Positions 1 to 11,003 of a stretch of DNA of 64,000 bases are shown here, in pieces; the stretch's first letter is position 1; every line of letters begins with the position of its first letter. The stretch is from NCBI GenBank assembly GCA_963737905.1, contig CAVTUQ010000025.1, positions 32,001 through 96,000 of the forward strand, given 5' to 3'. The stretch is from an uncultured delta proteobacterium. Its GTDB lineage: Bacteria; Desulfobacterota; Binatia; UBA9968. The notes below the pieces were generated by a model. The model was not told where the DNA came from. It did not search any database and was given only the letters and a program-made list of their open reading frames with translations. The position numbers and the translations under genes were made by a program.

Positions 1-178
1 CGAAAGCGTTTTCTTTTTCCCAACCTGTCAACCCTCAGACTGCTCAGAATCATCAGGAGGCTTGATTGTCCCGTCCTTATTGGATCACCCATCGCAGAAG
101 ATCGTCGTGGACCCGGGAGACCCCTGGCGTTAATTCAGCCTAGAGCCGAAGAAACGATTGCATAGAGAGACGGTGGTT

Positions 179-865
179 TTACTCGAGGGCTCGGGAGCTC
201 CAAGAAGCCACCTTCTGCGCCGCTTCGTCCAAAGCCTGATCGTCGGATCGACCGGTGCTCTTGAGTAGGTGAAACGAGTGATCGCCACCCTCAATGATGA
301 AAAGCTCGACTCGCTTGCCGAGACGAGCGCAAAGGGGTTTCAGCAGTTTGAGATCGGCCAGAGCATCTCGAGATCCCTGCAGGAATAGCATCGGCAACTT
401 GGTATCGAAAAGATGATGGCCCCGGTCTGCGGACGGTTTGCCGGCGGCATGCAGCGGGAAACCAAAATAAATCAAGCCGCGGACGTCATCCAATGGCTCC
501 CTTGCCGCGGCAATTGAAGTCATTCGCCCGCCCATGGATTTGCCGCCCGCAAAAAGTGGCAGGCCGCCGGCATATTTCTTTCCCGTGGCGACAGCCGCTC
601 GAACACTCGCGGTGAGAACCGCTTCGCTGTCCGGTCTCTTGCTGCCCTTTTCCGTGTACGGAAACTGATACCGCAGAGTCGCAACGCCATTGCCTGCCAA
701 TGTTTCCGCAGTATTTTGCATGAAAACGTGACGCATTCCAGCGCCGGCGCCGTGTGCCAGAATCAATAGTGACCTGGCCGCCTGCGGCAACAGAAGCAAG
801 CCGGAAACTGTTCCCGCTTTTTCACTCACCTCGAAATGAATCTCCTTAGTCAAATTCCTGCCCAT
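179..865 (-). CDS. alpha/beta-hydrolase family protein
   Basis: AHGAGAGM oxyanion region, GGKSMGG nucleophile elbow, GSRD and GGDHSF motifs; start trimmed to ATG at 865. Confidence 0.85.
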   Translation of the reverse strand: MGRNLTKEIHFEVSEKAGTVSGLLLLPQAARSLLILAHGAGAGMRHVFMQNTAETLAGNGVATLRYQFPYTEKGSKRPDSEAVLTASVRAAVATGKKYAGGLPLFAGGKSMGGRMTSIAAAREPLDDVRGLIYFGFPLHAAGKPSADRGHHLFDTKLPMLFLQGSRDALADLKLLKPLCARLGKRVELFIIEGGDHSFHLLKSTGRSDDQALDEAAQKVASWSSRALE

Positions 866-1005
866 ATTCGAGAAATCATCCGCTTCTGCTTGTAGCGGAT
901 AGCGCTTCCCTCTGATATTTATTCCGTGAGAAAACATAATACAAACGATCCAGAGCACAATGCGGTCAACGCCCTGCTCCCGAGATACTCGCAAACTCAG
1001 ATTCG

Positions 1006-2187
1006 ATGCCTAGGGTGAAATCCAAATCCATCTGGACCCCCGCCTTCGCTCTTCTCTGCTTGGCCCAACTCCTCGGCTACGCGCAGCATTCTATTCTTAC
1101 CCCGACCTTTCCGCTTTATGTGACGCAGCTCGGCGGCTCGCCTTTCGTCGTCGGATTGGTCCTTGCCTGCTTTGCCGTTACCAGCGTCATCGTCCGACCG
1201 ATTGTTGGCCACTGGGTAGATCGTTGGAACGAAGCCGGAATAATGATCTCGGGCCTTCTCTTTCTAGGCGTCAGTATTCTTTTATGTTTCGTCCCCCTGG
1301 TTGAAGCGACGATGCTCGCTAACGGCCTTCGAGGAATAGGCTGGGCCGGATTGAATGCAGGAGGCTACGCTCTACTCGCCTCGAGCGCGCCAGAAGCGAA
1401 GCGCGGCGAAGCTTCTGGCTATTACAGTGGAGTTCAGGGCAGCGCCACGATTTTATTTCCTGCCGTAGCCCTCTGGCTGATCTACGCCCCTTTCGGCGGC
1501 TTTAGGGTGGTATTCGCTGTGGCCGTTGCACTCGCCGTCATGGGCGCGGGCGTGGGAGCGGTCATGGCGCGCACCGTCCCAAGCACGGCCCATCGCCCGT
1601 CGCTCGAAGGAACAAGACCCTGGTGGCGCGAACTTTTTACTATTGTGGACCGCGATGTTTTGCTCCCTTCTGTGATGCTTTTCTCCCTGAACCTGTCTCT
1701 TCCCGCCGTGACCAGCTTTATTGTTCTCTACGCCCGTGACATCGGCATTGAAAACTTCGGGTCGTATTTCGTGGTGAGCGGAGCAACAAACCTTCTCGCG
1801 CGCCCTTTGCTTGGCCGCGCCTCCGATAAGATCGGCCGGAGTCGTTCCCTGGCAGCCGGCTTTATACTACAGGTGATCGCTCTATCTCTGCTGGTGATCG
1901 TTTCCAATCTCTTTGGCGTGCTCGTCTCAGGCGTTCTGTACATGCTTGGCAACGCCATCGGGAGCGCAACAACTCTGGCGCTCGCGGTGGAGCGGGCCAA
2001 TCCTCAGCGCCGTGGCAAAGCCATGGCTACCTTCTCCGTGGGCTACCCATTGAGTTACGGGGTCGGCTCACTCTTGATGGGAAGTATCGTAGAGATAGGG
2101 GGCTACATCGGAATGTTTGTTACAGCGGCAGGACTGTCCGCCGCCGGGCTCGCGCTCGCACTGGCGAAATGGTCGCGGCTAAAGTGA
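1006..2187 (+). CDS. MFS transporter
   Basis: 393 aa, about 12 hydrophobic segments, motif A-like GRASDKIGRSR. Confidence 0.9.
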   Translation: MPRVKSKSIWTPAFALLCLAQLLGYAQHSILTPTFPLYVTQLGGSPFVVGLVLACFAVTSVIVRPIVGHWVDRWNEAGIMISGLLFLGVSILLCFVPLVEATMLANGLRGIGWAGLNAGGYALLASSAPEAKRGEASGYYSGVQGSATILFPAVALWLIYAPFGGFRVVFAVAVALAVMGAGVGAVMARTVPSTAHRPSLEGTRPWWRELFTIVDRDVLLPSVMLFSLNLSLPAVTSFIVLYARDIGIENFGSYFVVSGATNLLARPLLGRASDKIGRSRSLAAGFILQVIALSLLVIVSNLFGVLVSGVLYMLGNAIGSATTLALAVERANPQRRGKAMATFSVGYPLSYGVGSLLMGSIVEIGGYIGMFVTAAGLSAAGLALALAKWSRLK

Positions 2188-2324
2188 AGAACCGGAACGG
2201 GTGAGAGAAAGAATTGGACGCGCTTGAAATAATCGACACATCGTTTAAACCCTCTTGTTGAACGGTACGGGATGCGCTAAGCCTGGTCGTGCTCGTGCCG
2301 GCAACCACAGAGGAGGTCGCGACG

Positions 2325-3317
2325 ATGAAAACCCGTCTCTTTTCGATAAGTTTTTTGGTGTCGCTCGGAGCTTTGCTGGCGGTCACCATGCCGGTTCACG
2401 CGAAGAGCTACATTGCCTATATCTCGGATTCTACGAGCTCTTCGGTGATCTACTGGCTGGCGAAAGACGTCGGCATCTTCAAAAAACATGGGCTGGACCT
2501 GGATACGATCTTTATTAACGGCAGCGTTCGCGGGATTCAAAGCCTGATCGCCGGTGATCTGGGATACAGCGGCGCGGTGGGAACCGCTGTGATCAACGCC
2601 AACCTTTCAGGAGGGGACATTGCCATCATTCAAAGCCAGATGAACACCTTGCCCTACTTCATCATCGGCAACGCGAGCATCAAGTCGCCCGAAGGTTTGA
2701 AGGGGCGCGCGGCGGCCGTGCATATCCCCGGCACCTCGGCAGATTTCGCCATGAGACTCGCGTTGATGAAAGTCAACATTCCCTACAAAGATATCAAAGC
2801 GATTACGGTCGGGGGTGCCCCGGCCCGGCTTGCCGCCGTCACGAGTGGCCAGGCCGATTTCACCGTCGTCACAGACGGCGAGAAAATGCAGGGTGAAAAA
2901 ATGGGGCTCAAGGTGATTATCGATATGGCTAAGCTGAACGTCCCTTTCCAGTTCAACTGCAGCGTAACCACCCGAAAAAAAATTCGTGAGAATCCCGACG
3001 AAGTGCGCCGCGTGGTATGGTCCATGGCGGAATCGATCCATTACTACAAAACCCACAAAGAGGAATCCATTAGAGTGATGCAGAAATACACGCGGGGCCT
3101 GAGCCGCGATATTCTCGAAGGAGCCTATGCCGCAAACACCTCGCTCCTAGTTGAAGATACTTATCCCACCTTGGAGGGGCTGAAGACCACGTTGGACGTC
3201 CAGGCGCTCACGGATGCGAGAGCCGCCAAAGCCAAAGTGGAGGATTTTGTCGAGCTCCGCTTTGTCGATGAAATGAGGAAAGGCGGATTTGTGGACAAGC
3301 TCTACGGGCGTCGCTGA
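2325..3317 (+). CDS. ABC substrate-binding protein, NMT1/THI5/SsuA-like
   Basis: AGGAGG RBS, signal peptide, GIFKKHGLD and LKGR..AV..PGTS motifs. Confidence 0.85.
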   Translation: MKTRLFSISFLVSLGALLAVTMPVHAKSYIAYISDSTSSSVIYWLAKDVGIFKKHGLDLDTIFINGSVRGIQSLIAGDLGYSGAVGTAVINANLSGGDIAIIQSQMNTLPYFIIGNASIKSPEGLKGRAAAVHIPGTSADFAMRLALMKVNIPYKDIKAITVGGAPARLAAVTSGQADFTVVTDGEKMQGEKMGLKVIIDMAKLNVPFQFNCSVTTRKKIRENPDEVRRVVWSMAESIHYYKTHKEESIRVMQKYTRGLSRDILEGAYAANTSLLVEDTYPTLEGLKTTLDVQALTDARAAKAKVEDFVELRFVDEMRKGGFVDKLYGRR

Positions 3318-3418
3318 TGGGGGGAACAAACCAGGAACATGAACAAATTGGCAGACCGTGAACAGTTTGAACGCGTCCTCTCATGGACGGTTGGTACTCT
3401 GCTGAGAGGGACTCGCCA

Positions 3419-4957
3419 ATGAAAATTCTGCTGCTCTCCATGCCGGATTCTTTCGAACATACGCCCACGGTTTGTATTCGCATGCCCAACGGTGCGCTCG
3501 CTTCTCTCGCCGGAAACGTCGATCCCCACCACCAAGTCGCCGTCACCGACCTCGTCCTGGCTCAGGATCGTGTTCGAACGACCATCGAAGAGCTGATGAA
3601 AAGGATCGAGCCCGACATCGTGGGGCTCTCGATCATGACATTCCAGCGAAAAACCGCCCAAAAAATTATCGCCCTGTTGCATTCCCTCAGAGCAAACTTG
3701 CGTATCGTCGTGGGCGGTTACGACCCGAGCATGGCTCCGGAAGCTTATGCTGACAGCGACGTTGATTTCATCGTCCGCGGCGAAGGTGAAATCACCTTTC
3801 GCGAGTTGCTGCGGGCAATCGAAAATAACCGCGATTATGAGGGCATCTTAGGCTTGTCTTACCAAGAAGCGGGCCGCTTTCACCACAATCCCGAACGGCC
3901 CGTGAGCGGTCTTGAGGGGATTGAGATACGGCTCCCTGACCGCAGCGCGCGGCTTCTCAATAATTATACGATGCTGGGTCGTCCGGTCGACGTCGTCGAG
4001 ACTTCTCGTGGTTGCACCTTCGACTGTAGTTTCTGCTCGATTATTGCGATGCGGGGTCGGCAATTTAACACCTATTCGTTCGATCGGGTGCTGGCGGACA
4101 TACGCGATGCTTCGGAACACGGCGCTCGGGCCATTTTCCTGGTCGATGACAACATCACCCTCAACGTGCGCCGATTCGAAGCGCTCTGCCAGGCAATCAT
4201 AGACGCGCGGCTGAATCATTTGGATTACATCGTGCAGGCGATGACCTCGGCCATCGCGAACTCCGGTGAAACCCTCGCACCCTTGATGCGCGAGGCGGGC
4301 TTTCGCTACGTCTTTCTTGGAATCGAGAATGTACTCGAGGCGGACCTTGATTTCCTACGCGCCGGCTCCAAAAATACCCGCCGCGAAAAAGGCAGCAAGA
4401 CCGGCAATGCCACCCTGAAGGCCATTCAGGCTCTCCACCACAATAAAATGTATGTCGTCGGCGGCCTTATCGTCGGCAACCCGGGCGACACGCGGGAATC
4501 GATCGAGACCAATCTCGATTTCGCACGGCACAACGTCGACTGGCCCTACATCCAGCATCCTACCCCTTACCCTCGCACGCCAATGACCCAAGATTTTCGT
4601 GACCGCGGACTGATCATCGATGACAATCCAGAGGACTACGACGGCACGACGGCAGTCGTACGCACCGATCATCTTACGGCCGAGGAGGTCGAATTTTTAA
4701 GGTGGCGGGCGGAGCGATGGATGAAAGTTCACCATTTGCCGGCGGCTTTCGTTCACAGTCCTATGTTCGTGCTGCGCAACGGACCGAAGATGTTAGCCCA
4801 CACGTTTCGCGGCTCCACCGTCAAAACGCTGCTGGGTCTCGAAGACGAACGCAAGGCCTTTCAGCGCTATCGTCGCAATCCGTCAGGCGGAGCGGGAGTA
4901 TGTCTGACGAGGGAAAGGACTAGAACTCCTCCGACAGATTTAAGTGAGTTAGTCTAA
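3419..4957 (+). CDS. B12-binding radical SAM protein; likely C-terminal frameshift (alternative end 4907, AIRQAEREYV*)
   Basis: N-terminal cobalamin-binding region (PDIVGLS, VVGG), SRGCTFDCSFC cluster motif, DDN and LGIE motifs. Confidence 0.85.
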   Translation: MKILLLSMPDSFEHTPTVCIRMPNGALASLAGNVDPHHQVAVTDLVLAQDRVRTTIEELMKRIEPDIVGLSIMTFQRKTAQKIIALLHSLRANLRIVVGGYDPSMAPEAYADSDVDFIVRGEGEITFRELLRAIENNRDYEGILGLSYQEAGRFHHNPERPVSGLEGIEIRLPDRSARLLNNYTMLGRPVDVVETSRGCTFDCSFCSIIAMRGRQFNTYSFDRVLADIRDASEHGARAIFLVDDNITLNVRRFEALCQAIIDARLNHLDYIVQAMTSAIANSGETLAPLMREAGFRYVFLGIENVLEADLDFLRAGSKNTRREKGSKTGNATLKAIQALHHNKMYVVGGLIVGNPGDTRESIETNLDFARHNVDWPYIQHPTPYPRTPMTQDFRDRGLIIDDNPEDYDGTTAVVRTDHLTAEEVEFLRWRAERWMKVHHLPAAFVHSPMFVLRNGPKMLAHTFRGSTVKTLLGLEDERKAFQRYRRNPSGGAGVCLTRERTRTPPTDLSELV

Positions 4958-5058
4958 AAGCTAGATTGTTTACGGTGTTCATGACGTTTCAGGGTGTTAA
5001 CGATTTGATTCAGGTTGTCAATGTCGGCAGTCTTGCGGGACTTTCCCGGGAGGCACCG

Positions 5059-6218
5059 ATGCACATTGGCAATCTCGTTTTCTCGCAACTCATGGAGTTC
5101 GCGCCGTGGCATACCTTTCGCCGTTTGGTGGTGAAATATCGCGGCGATTTCAACGTCCGCACTTTCAGCTGCTGGACAGTTTCTGTGGATGGCTTTTGCA
5201 CAGCTGACTTACCGCGAAAGCCTGCGCGACATCGAGGCGTGTCTGCGTGCGCAGCCGACCAAACTCTATCACATGGGGCTGCGTGGCAAAGTGAGCCGCA
5301 GCGCCTGGCCGACGCCAACGAGTCGCGCGACTGGCGTATTTATGCCGAGTTCGCCCACTCGCTTATCCGCACCGCCGCCGGCTGTATGCTCAGGAACCCC
5401 TTGCAGTGGATCTCGCCGAGACGGTCTACGCCCTGGATGCGACCACGATCGACTTGTGCCTGTCGCTGTTTCCGTGGGCCAAGTTTCGCAAAACCAAAGC
5501 GGCGGTGAAGCTGCACACGCTGCTCGACTTGCGCGGCTCTATCCCGAGCTTCATCCACATCTGCGACGGCAAACTGCACGATGTCAACGTCCTCGACGTG
5601 CTCATTGCCGAGCCGGGCGCCTTCTACGTGATGGATCGCGGCTACCTCGACTTCGAGCGGCTCTACGTCTCCATCAGGCCGCCAGCTTCTTTGTTACTCG
5701 CGCGAAATCCAACTTCAAATTCAAGCGCCTGTATTCTCGCCCGGTGGATCGTCAGCACGGGATTGCTCTGCGACCAAGAAGTAGAACTCGTGGTATTCTA
5801 CTCGCGCCGGCACTACCCGGCACGCCTGCGTCGCATCCGCTATCGCGATACCGAAGGGCGGCGACTGGTATTCTTGACCAATCATATGACGTTGGCGCCT
5901 TTGACCATTTGCGAGCTGTACCGCTCGCGCTGGCAAGTCGAACTGTTCTTCAAGTGGATCAAGCAACACCTGCGCATCAAGCGCTTCTTCGGCACCTCCG
6001 AGAACGCGGTGAAGACTCAGGTCTGGATCGCGGTCGCTGTCTACGTGTTAGTTGCTATCGTTCGCAGGCGTCTCAATCTGGAGTTGTCCTTGCACGAAAT
6101 GTTACAGATTCTGAGCATCACACCGTTCGAGAAAATCCCTATGATTCAGCTCCTTACCTACTCTGCAACCGACCAAAATTTACACGACGATCCCAATCAA
6201 CTGATTTTATTATTCTGA
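5059..6218 (+). mobile_element. IS4-family transposase (DUF4372 + DDE), multiply frameshifted
   Basis: FAQLTYRESLRDIE, ALDATTI, VMDRGY and YRSRWQVELFFKWIKQHL segments spread over several frames; terminal repeats not resolved. Confidence 0.9.
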
Positions 6219-6682
6219 TGAACGATTTGATCGCAGCTCTTGCCAGGTTGTCCCTGGGCCTGGCGATTCTGATTCTGCCAGGGTTCGTATATGCGGCCGA
6301 CCTTTCTCCGCTCGGCCTCTGGAAGACTATTGACGACAACACAGGACAACCCCGTGGCTTCGTACGCATTAGAGAGGTGAACGGACAGTACGAAGGCAAA
6401 GTTGAAAAAATTTTCCCCAAGCCCGGCGAGCCGCCGAATCCCAATTGCGAGAAATGCCAAGGCAACCGTCGCAATGAACCCGTGATGGGCATGATCATTT
6501 TGTGGGGTTTGACCAGACAAGGAGACGAATATCAAGGGGGAGAAATTTTGGATCCGGAAAACGGGAAGGTCTACCGCGCCCAGATGAAGCTCCTTGATAG
6601 TGGCCAAAAACTCGATGTGCGCGGCTTCATCGGTTTCTCTCTATTCGGCCGCAGCCAAATTTGGATTCGTGAAGGTGAGTGA
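6218..6682 (+). CDS. DUF2147-like exported protein
   Basis: Signal peptide, GLWKTIDD, GGEILDPENGKVY, LDVRGFIGFSLFGRSQIW. Confidence 0.85.
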   Translation: MNDLIAALARLSLGLAILILPGFVYAADLSPLGLWKTIDDNTGQPRGFVRIREVNGQYEGKVEKIFPKPGEPPNPNCEKCQGNRRNEPVMGMIILWGLTRQGDEYQGGEILDPENGKVYRAQMKLLDSGQKLDVRGFIGFSLFGRSQIWIREGE

Positions 6683-6871
6683 CCTGCCGGATTTGCATCC
6701 AGCGCTTTTCTCAGATTGCAAACTGTGTCTTCCCGAGACGGGACCCGAGCTTGTTACCGATTTCGATGTAGATATTTCCCTCGTCTTGGGATAAGAACGG
6801 TCATCTGGCGCACCTATGGTGTTCGAAGTCATGGCAAGCGTTAAACATCCCTGCACAAAGGAACCGCTCAT

Positions 6872-7873
6872 ATGAAATTTGGCATTTTCGTCTTCGGCGA
6901 TAATCCCCCCGATATCGGTCGTTCCAACCAAAAATATTATGAAGAAGTCCTGACCATGGCGGAGTGGGCCGAAGAGTTGGGATTCGATTCCTTCTGGCTC
7001 GGCGAGCACCACTTTTACTGGTACGGCACCTGTGTCTCACCGCCAATGATCATTGCAGCGCTCGCGCAGCGTACCAAGAAAATCCGGCTGGGACCAGCGA
7101 TAAGCGTTTTGCCGTTTCACCATCCGCTGATTGTGGCTGAGGAATATGCCTTGGCGGACAACCTCTGCGGCGGGCGGCTGAATTTTGCTGTCGGCAGTGG
7201 CTTTTCCCCGCTCGAATACAAGACTTTCGGGATGTCGATGGAGGAAGCGAGAGAAAGGTACTGGGAGGGTTTTGACGTCATCCTGAACGCATGGCGACAG
7301 AACGAGTTTTCCCACCAGGGGAAATTTTACCAGATCGAGAACTTCTCTTTATGGATGAAACCCGTGCAGAAGCCTATGCCGCCCACCTGGGTCGCGGCGT
7401 CAAGCGACGAGACTTTGATTAAGGCCGGGGAAATGGGACTCTCCATGATGGGGATTCCCTTTGCGCGATCGAGCAATATATTCGAGGTCAAAGAAAAAAA
7501 TGACCTTTTTAAGGAATCTTATTTTCGTGCCGGCCATAAGGAAGATCCGGATATTATTGTTGCGCTGCACGTTTGCCTGCAACGCAGCGAGGAAGATGCG
7601 GTTAAGTTATCCCGGCCGCACTTTGCCCGTGTCGCTGACTATCTAAAAACGTCTCGGCGCCCGGGAGCTAAGGTGCCTGATTTGGACAACATGAAAAACG
7701 AAAAACTCGCCGTCTTTACCAATCCTGAGGATGCCGTCGCAATTCTAAAGGACTACGAAAAGATCGGCGTCACCCACATCATCTGCATGGTCAACTTCGG
7801 CGGCCTCCCCATGACTGATGTGCGCAGAACCTTGGAGCTGATGTCAAAAGAAGTCTTTCCAAAGTTCAAATGA
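6872..7873 (+). CDS. LLM-class flavin-dependent oxidoreductase
   Basis: MKFGIF start, AEELGFDSFWLGEHH, PVQKPMPPTWVA. Confidence 0.9.
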   Translation: MKFGIFVFGDNPPDIGRSNQKYYEEVLTMAEWAEELGFDSFWLGEHHFYWYGTCVSPPMIIAALAQRTKKIRLGPAISVLPFHHPLIVAEEYALADNLCGGRLNFAVGSGFSPLEYKTFGMSMEEARERYWEGFDVILNAWRQNEFSHQGKFYQIENFSLWMKPVQKPMPPTWVAASSDETLIKAGEMGLSMMGIPFARSSNIFEVKEKNDLFKESYFRAGHKEDPDIIVALHVCLQRSEEDAVKLSRPHFARVADYLKTSRRPGAKVPDLDNMKNEKLAVFTNPEDAVAILKDYEKIGVTHIICMVNFGGLPMTDVRRTLELMSKEVFPKFK

Positions 7874-7883
7874 GAAACAATCG

Positions 7884-8411
7884 ATGGCACGCGTACCCTT
7901 GATTGCAGAAGAACAACATCCCGAGCTGTCCGAGCTTATCGCCAAAATCAAAGGCGCGCGGGGCGGGCGGCTCATCAATATTTACCGCTTGATGCTGCAC
8001 AGCCCGGCGCTGGCGAATGCTTGGTTCGATCTCAATCAGGCGGTGCGCTACGGCACCGAGATCGACGGGCAGTGCCGCGAGTTGGCAGTCATACGGGTGG
8101 CGATATTGAATCATGTCGGGTACGTTGTCCGCGCCCATGGACCAGCTTATGCCTTGAAAGAAGGACTCACGCCGGCGCAAGTTGAAGCGCTGGCGGATTG
8201 GAGTGCGTCGAATTTATTTACCGATAAGCAGCGCGCGTTGCTCGCCTACGTGGACGCGATGACCCGCGATATCGACGTGCCGGATGCGCTATTTGGCGAC
8301 GTGCGTAAGTATTTTAGCGAACGACAGACCGTTGAGTTAACGATGCTCATCAGCGCCTACAATATGCTCACGCGGTTCTTGAAGGCACTAAAGGTCGATC
8401 CGGAGCCTTAG
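7884..8411 (+). CDS. carboxymuconolactone decarboxylase/AhpD-like protein
   Basis: NIYRLMLHSP, RELAVIRVA, VELTMLISAYNM pattern. Confidence 0.8.
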   Translation: MARVPLIAEEQHPELSELIAKIKGARGGRLINIYRLMLHSPALANAWFDLNQAVRYGTEIDGQCRELAVIRVAILNHVGYVVRAHGPAYALKEGLTPAQVEALADWSASNLFTDKQRALLAYVDAMTRDIDVPDALFGDVRKYFSERQTVELTMLISAYNMLTRFLKALKVDPEP

Positions 8412-8415
8412 AACT

Positions 8416-8491
8416 GTTCAAGGTTCCAAGTTCAATGTTCAAAGTCAGAAACGGAGTTGAAAAGTTGAATCTAGAACTTTGAACCTTGAAC
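8416..8491. repeat. heptamer-periodic hairpin (GTTCAAR)n...(YTTGAAC)n
   Basis: gttcaag gttccaa gttcaat gttcaaa ... tttgaac cttgaac; related copies at 34363 and 37179. Confidence 0.75.
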
Positions 8492-8499
8492 GCGAATTT

Positions 8500-9594
8500 A
8501 TGGCTTCACTGCGCCCCAAACTAGTTGTCGAGAATGACAGCTTTCTCCGTTTGATCCAGGTCATGCTCGATCCGACATGCCCCTGCCGAGAGCGATCGCG
8601 GCGTTTTCTAATTTCTGCGCACATGATTTGCCGGACTTCAGCGGTTGGTGCGCCAAAGTGCGCGCGCAGGCTCAAAATCTTTATCCAACAGACGTCCGCC
8701 TGGTCGGCGACCAAGCGGAGCTACTGGAAAACCTGCCTGGCGCTCTGGCTATCGTCGTGGAATCTTTAACCGTTGGCCGCCAAGGAGATCGCAGCTACGG
8801 GAAGCACACTTAAAATTGTACAGAAATACGGCGTCACCACGCCGCGCATCGATCGGCCGGCATGCGAACAGGCCGGCGTTCAAGTATTGACGCTCAGACG
8901 CCGCGCCAATATTTCCACCGCCGAGCAAGGACTTACCTTGATGCTTGCGCTGGCCCGCCAGCTCAATCAGAACGCCAATCTTATCAGCGAGGAGCAGCTG
9001 CGTTCGGCTGGCTACTCGCCGACACGGTACGATCGCACGCACACGCCCAATGGCAACTGGGCGCGCATCACCGGGCTCATAACTCTTTACCAGCGGCAAC
9101 TCGGAATCATAGGACTGGGAGAAATCGGACGGGAGCTAGCGTTGCGGGCCGCGGCGCTGGAGATGCGCATCGTCTACACCCAGCGCCATAGGCTGCCAAC
9201 GGATGTCGAGCAGCGATACAGCGCGACTTATTGCAGTTTGGATGAATTACTGGCGACGTCGGACTGCGTCAGTCTAAATCTGCCCCGCGCCAATGAGACT
9301 CGCAACTTCATCGGCGCTCGAGAGCTTGCGATCATCAAGCCGGGCGCTTTTTTGATTAACGTTTCCCAGCCCAACCAGATTGACCGCCACGCGTTGCGCG
9401 AGGCGCTCGCCTCAGGCCGATTGGGCGGCTTTGGGCTCGACACTTTCTATGATGAGCCGGGCGATGCCAACGACCCGCTCCTCAAGTTCCGCAACGTCAT
9501 CATCTCGCCGCATCTCGGCGGTTCCCCCCGCTTCAATTCCCTCGACGATATTGAAGAGCTGGTGATCAACCTCGCACGGAAACTCGCGCCCTAG
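8500..9594 (+). CDS. D-2-hydroxyacid dehydrogenase family protein, two frameshifts (about 8580 and 8775)
   Basis: GIIGLGEIG Rossmann motif, LDTFYDEP, ISPHLGG; N-terminus in other frames. Confidence 0.8.
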
Positions 9595-9704
9595 TTAGGT
9601 TCGCTGACGGTCGTAGTGTGAAAGGCGCTATGAGTGCTTGGACAAGGCTCAGCACGAACGGTCATTTAACTTATGCGACAGACTCACGAGAAATTTGACA
9701 GTGC

Positions 9705-10802
9705 TTATTTGAGAACCGATTCCGCTAATTTCATACCGGGGAGCCAGGAGTTATTACATTTGTCTTCGGTGAAGTTCTGGAAACGACGAAACTCCTCGAG
9801 AGTGAGCGCATCTTTCGCAGCGATCCCCTCAAGGCCTTTCGTATCCACGTCCATCCGCCGGGTCGGTTGTTGCACCAGCTTGCCGTATAGCTCCTGTCCT
9901 TCCCGGCTGAGCAGCCAATTCAGAAACACCTTTGCCGCATTCGGATGCGGCGCTCCTTTGATGATACCGAGGATACCATTGCCGCCGCTGATGTAATTGC
10001 CTTCTTTGAACGGCGGCAGATGCTTTACCGGCAGGCCTGAGTCGATGAAAGGATCGAAGTCCCTGAAGCCGACTCCGATCGTGAGAGCCAGCCCCCCTTT
10101 GGCCAGCGCCTCGGCTAGCTGACGGGCGTTGCGACTGACAAACAGCTCCTGTTGGACGAGCTTCTTGATAAATTCCTCGCCCTTAAGATCGACGAGAAAC
10201 GCCCACACGGCCAGTCCACCGCCGGGAACGCGCGGATCTCTTATGCCAATTTTACCCTTCCATCTTGAATCGAGAAGATCATTGTAAGAACGGAATTCCT
10301 GCGGTTTAACCAGTGTGGTGTTGTAAAACAGCGACGGTGTCATTTGCGCAACAAAACTGTAAAGATAATTTTTGCCGGTTTGGTTGTCCGCCCAGAGGTG
10401 ACCGCCCCACCAGTTCGCCGGGTCTTTCACTTCCGGGAGAATCATCGCCGGCGGCAACGGCTCGAACAAATCCAACTTGAGCAGCGGATTCCCCGTGCAG
10501 GGACCGATCAAGAAAGCATCGACGGAAACCACGCCGGCCTGCTTTTCGGCGACGATTTTACTCATCAGGCTCGGTCCTGGTGCTTGAATAAATTCACTGT
10601 CGAGATCGAAACGCTTTTTCAGCACAGCCTGAACCTGGTTTCGAAAATCGATGCCAGGCGGCGCGCCGATGACGACCTTCCCTTCCTTCTTTGCCGCTGC
10701 GACGACTCGCTGCCATTCCGAATTGGTGTCCGCACCGAGCGCACGGCCGTGCATACCCAATAGTAAAACGACGATAGTCAGAATCGGTGCTCTTCTACCC
10801 AT
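9705..10802 (-). CDS. ABC extracellular solute-binding protein (iron/AfuA-like family)
   Basis: Signal peptide, AAAKKEGKV, DLLDSRWKGKI, APHPNAAKVFLNWLLSREGQ. Confidence 0.85.
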   Translation of the reverse strand: MGRRAPILTIVVLLLGMHGRALGADTNSEWQRVVAAAKKEGKVVIGAPPGIDFRNQVQAVLKKRFDLDSEFIQAPGPSLMSKIVAEKQAGVVSVDAFLIGPCTGNPLLKLDLFEPLPPAMILPEVKDPANWWGGHLWADNQTGKNYLYSFVAQMTPSLFYNTTLVKPQEFRSYNDLLDSRWKGKIGIRDPRVPGGGLAVWAFLVDLKGEEFIKKLVQQELFVSRNARQLAEALAKGGLALTIGVGFRDFDPFIDSGLPVKHLPPFKEGNYISGGNGILGIIKGAPHPNAAKVFLNWLLSREGQELYGKLVQQPTRRMDVDTKGLEGIAAKDALTLEEFRRFQNFTEDKCNNSWLPGMKLAESVLK

Positions 10803-11003
10803 AGAACAAACCTTTCTTCCGCAGTCAGTAAGCCTCATTCTACCGTTGCGGCGATCATAGCCAGGTTCGCGGTCAGATTCCACCACGCACTGCGGGACGC
10901 CTTCCAATCGCCACCCGCAAGTCCGATTGACAGCAAAATTGTCCCGGCGCTATATTTCGTCCATCACCACGGAACCTGTTCCTATTCGAGGGGAGCTAAT
11001 CCT

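Noticed and set aside
1-178. Possible structured RNA or IS non-coding end at the window edge
   Set aside because: No recognisable family motif, and the context is cut off.
5189-6682. 497-aa transposase-DUF2147 fusion ORF
   Set aside because: An artefact of IS4 frameshifts; DUF2147 has its own ATG and signal peptide at 6218.
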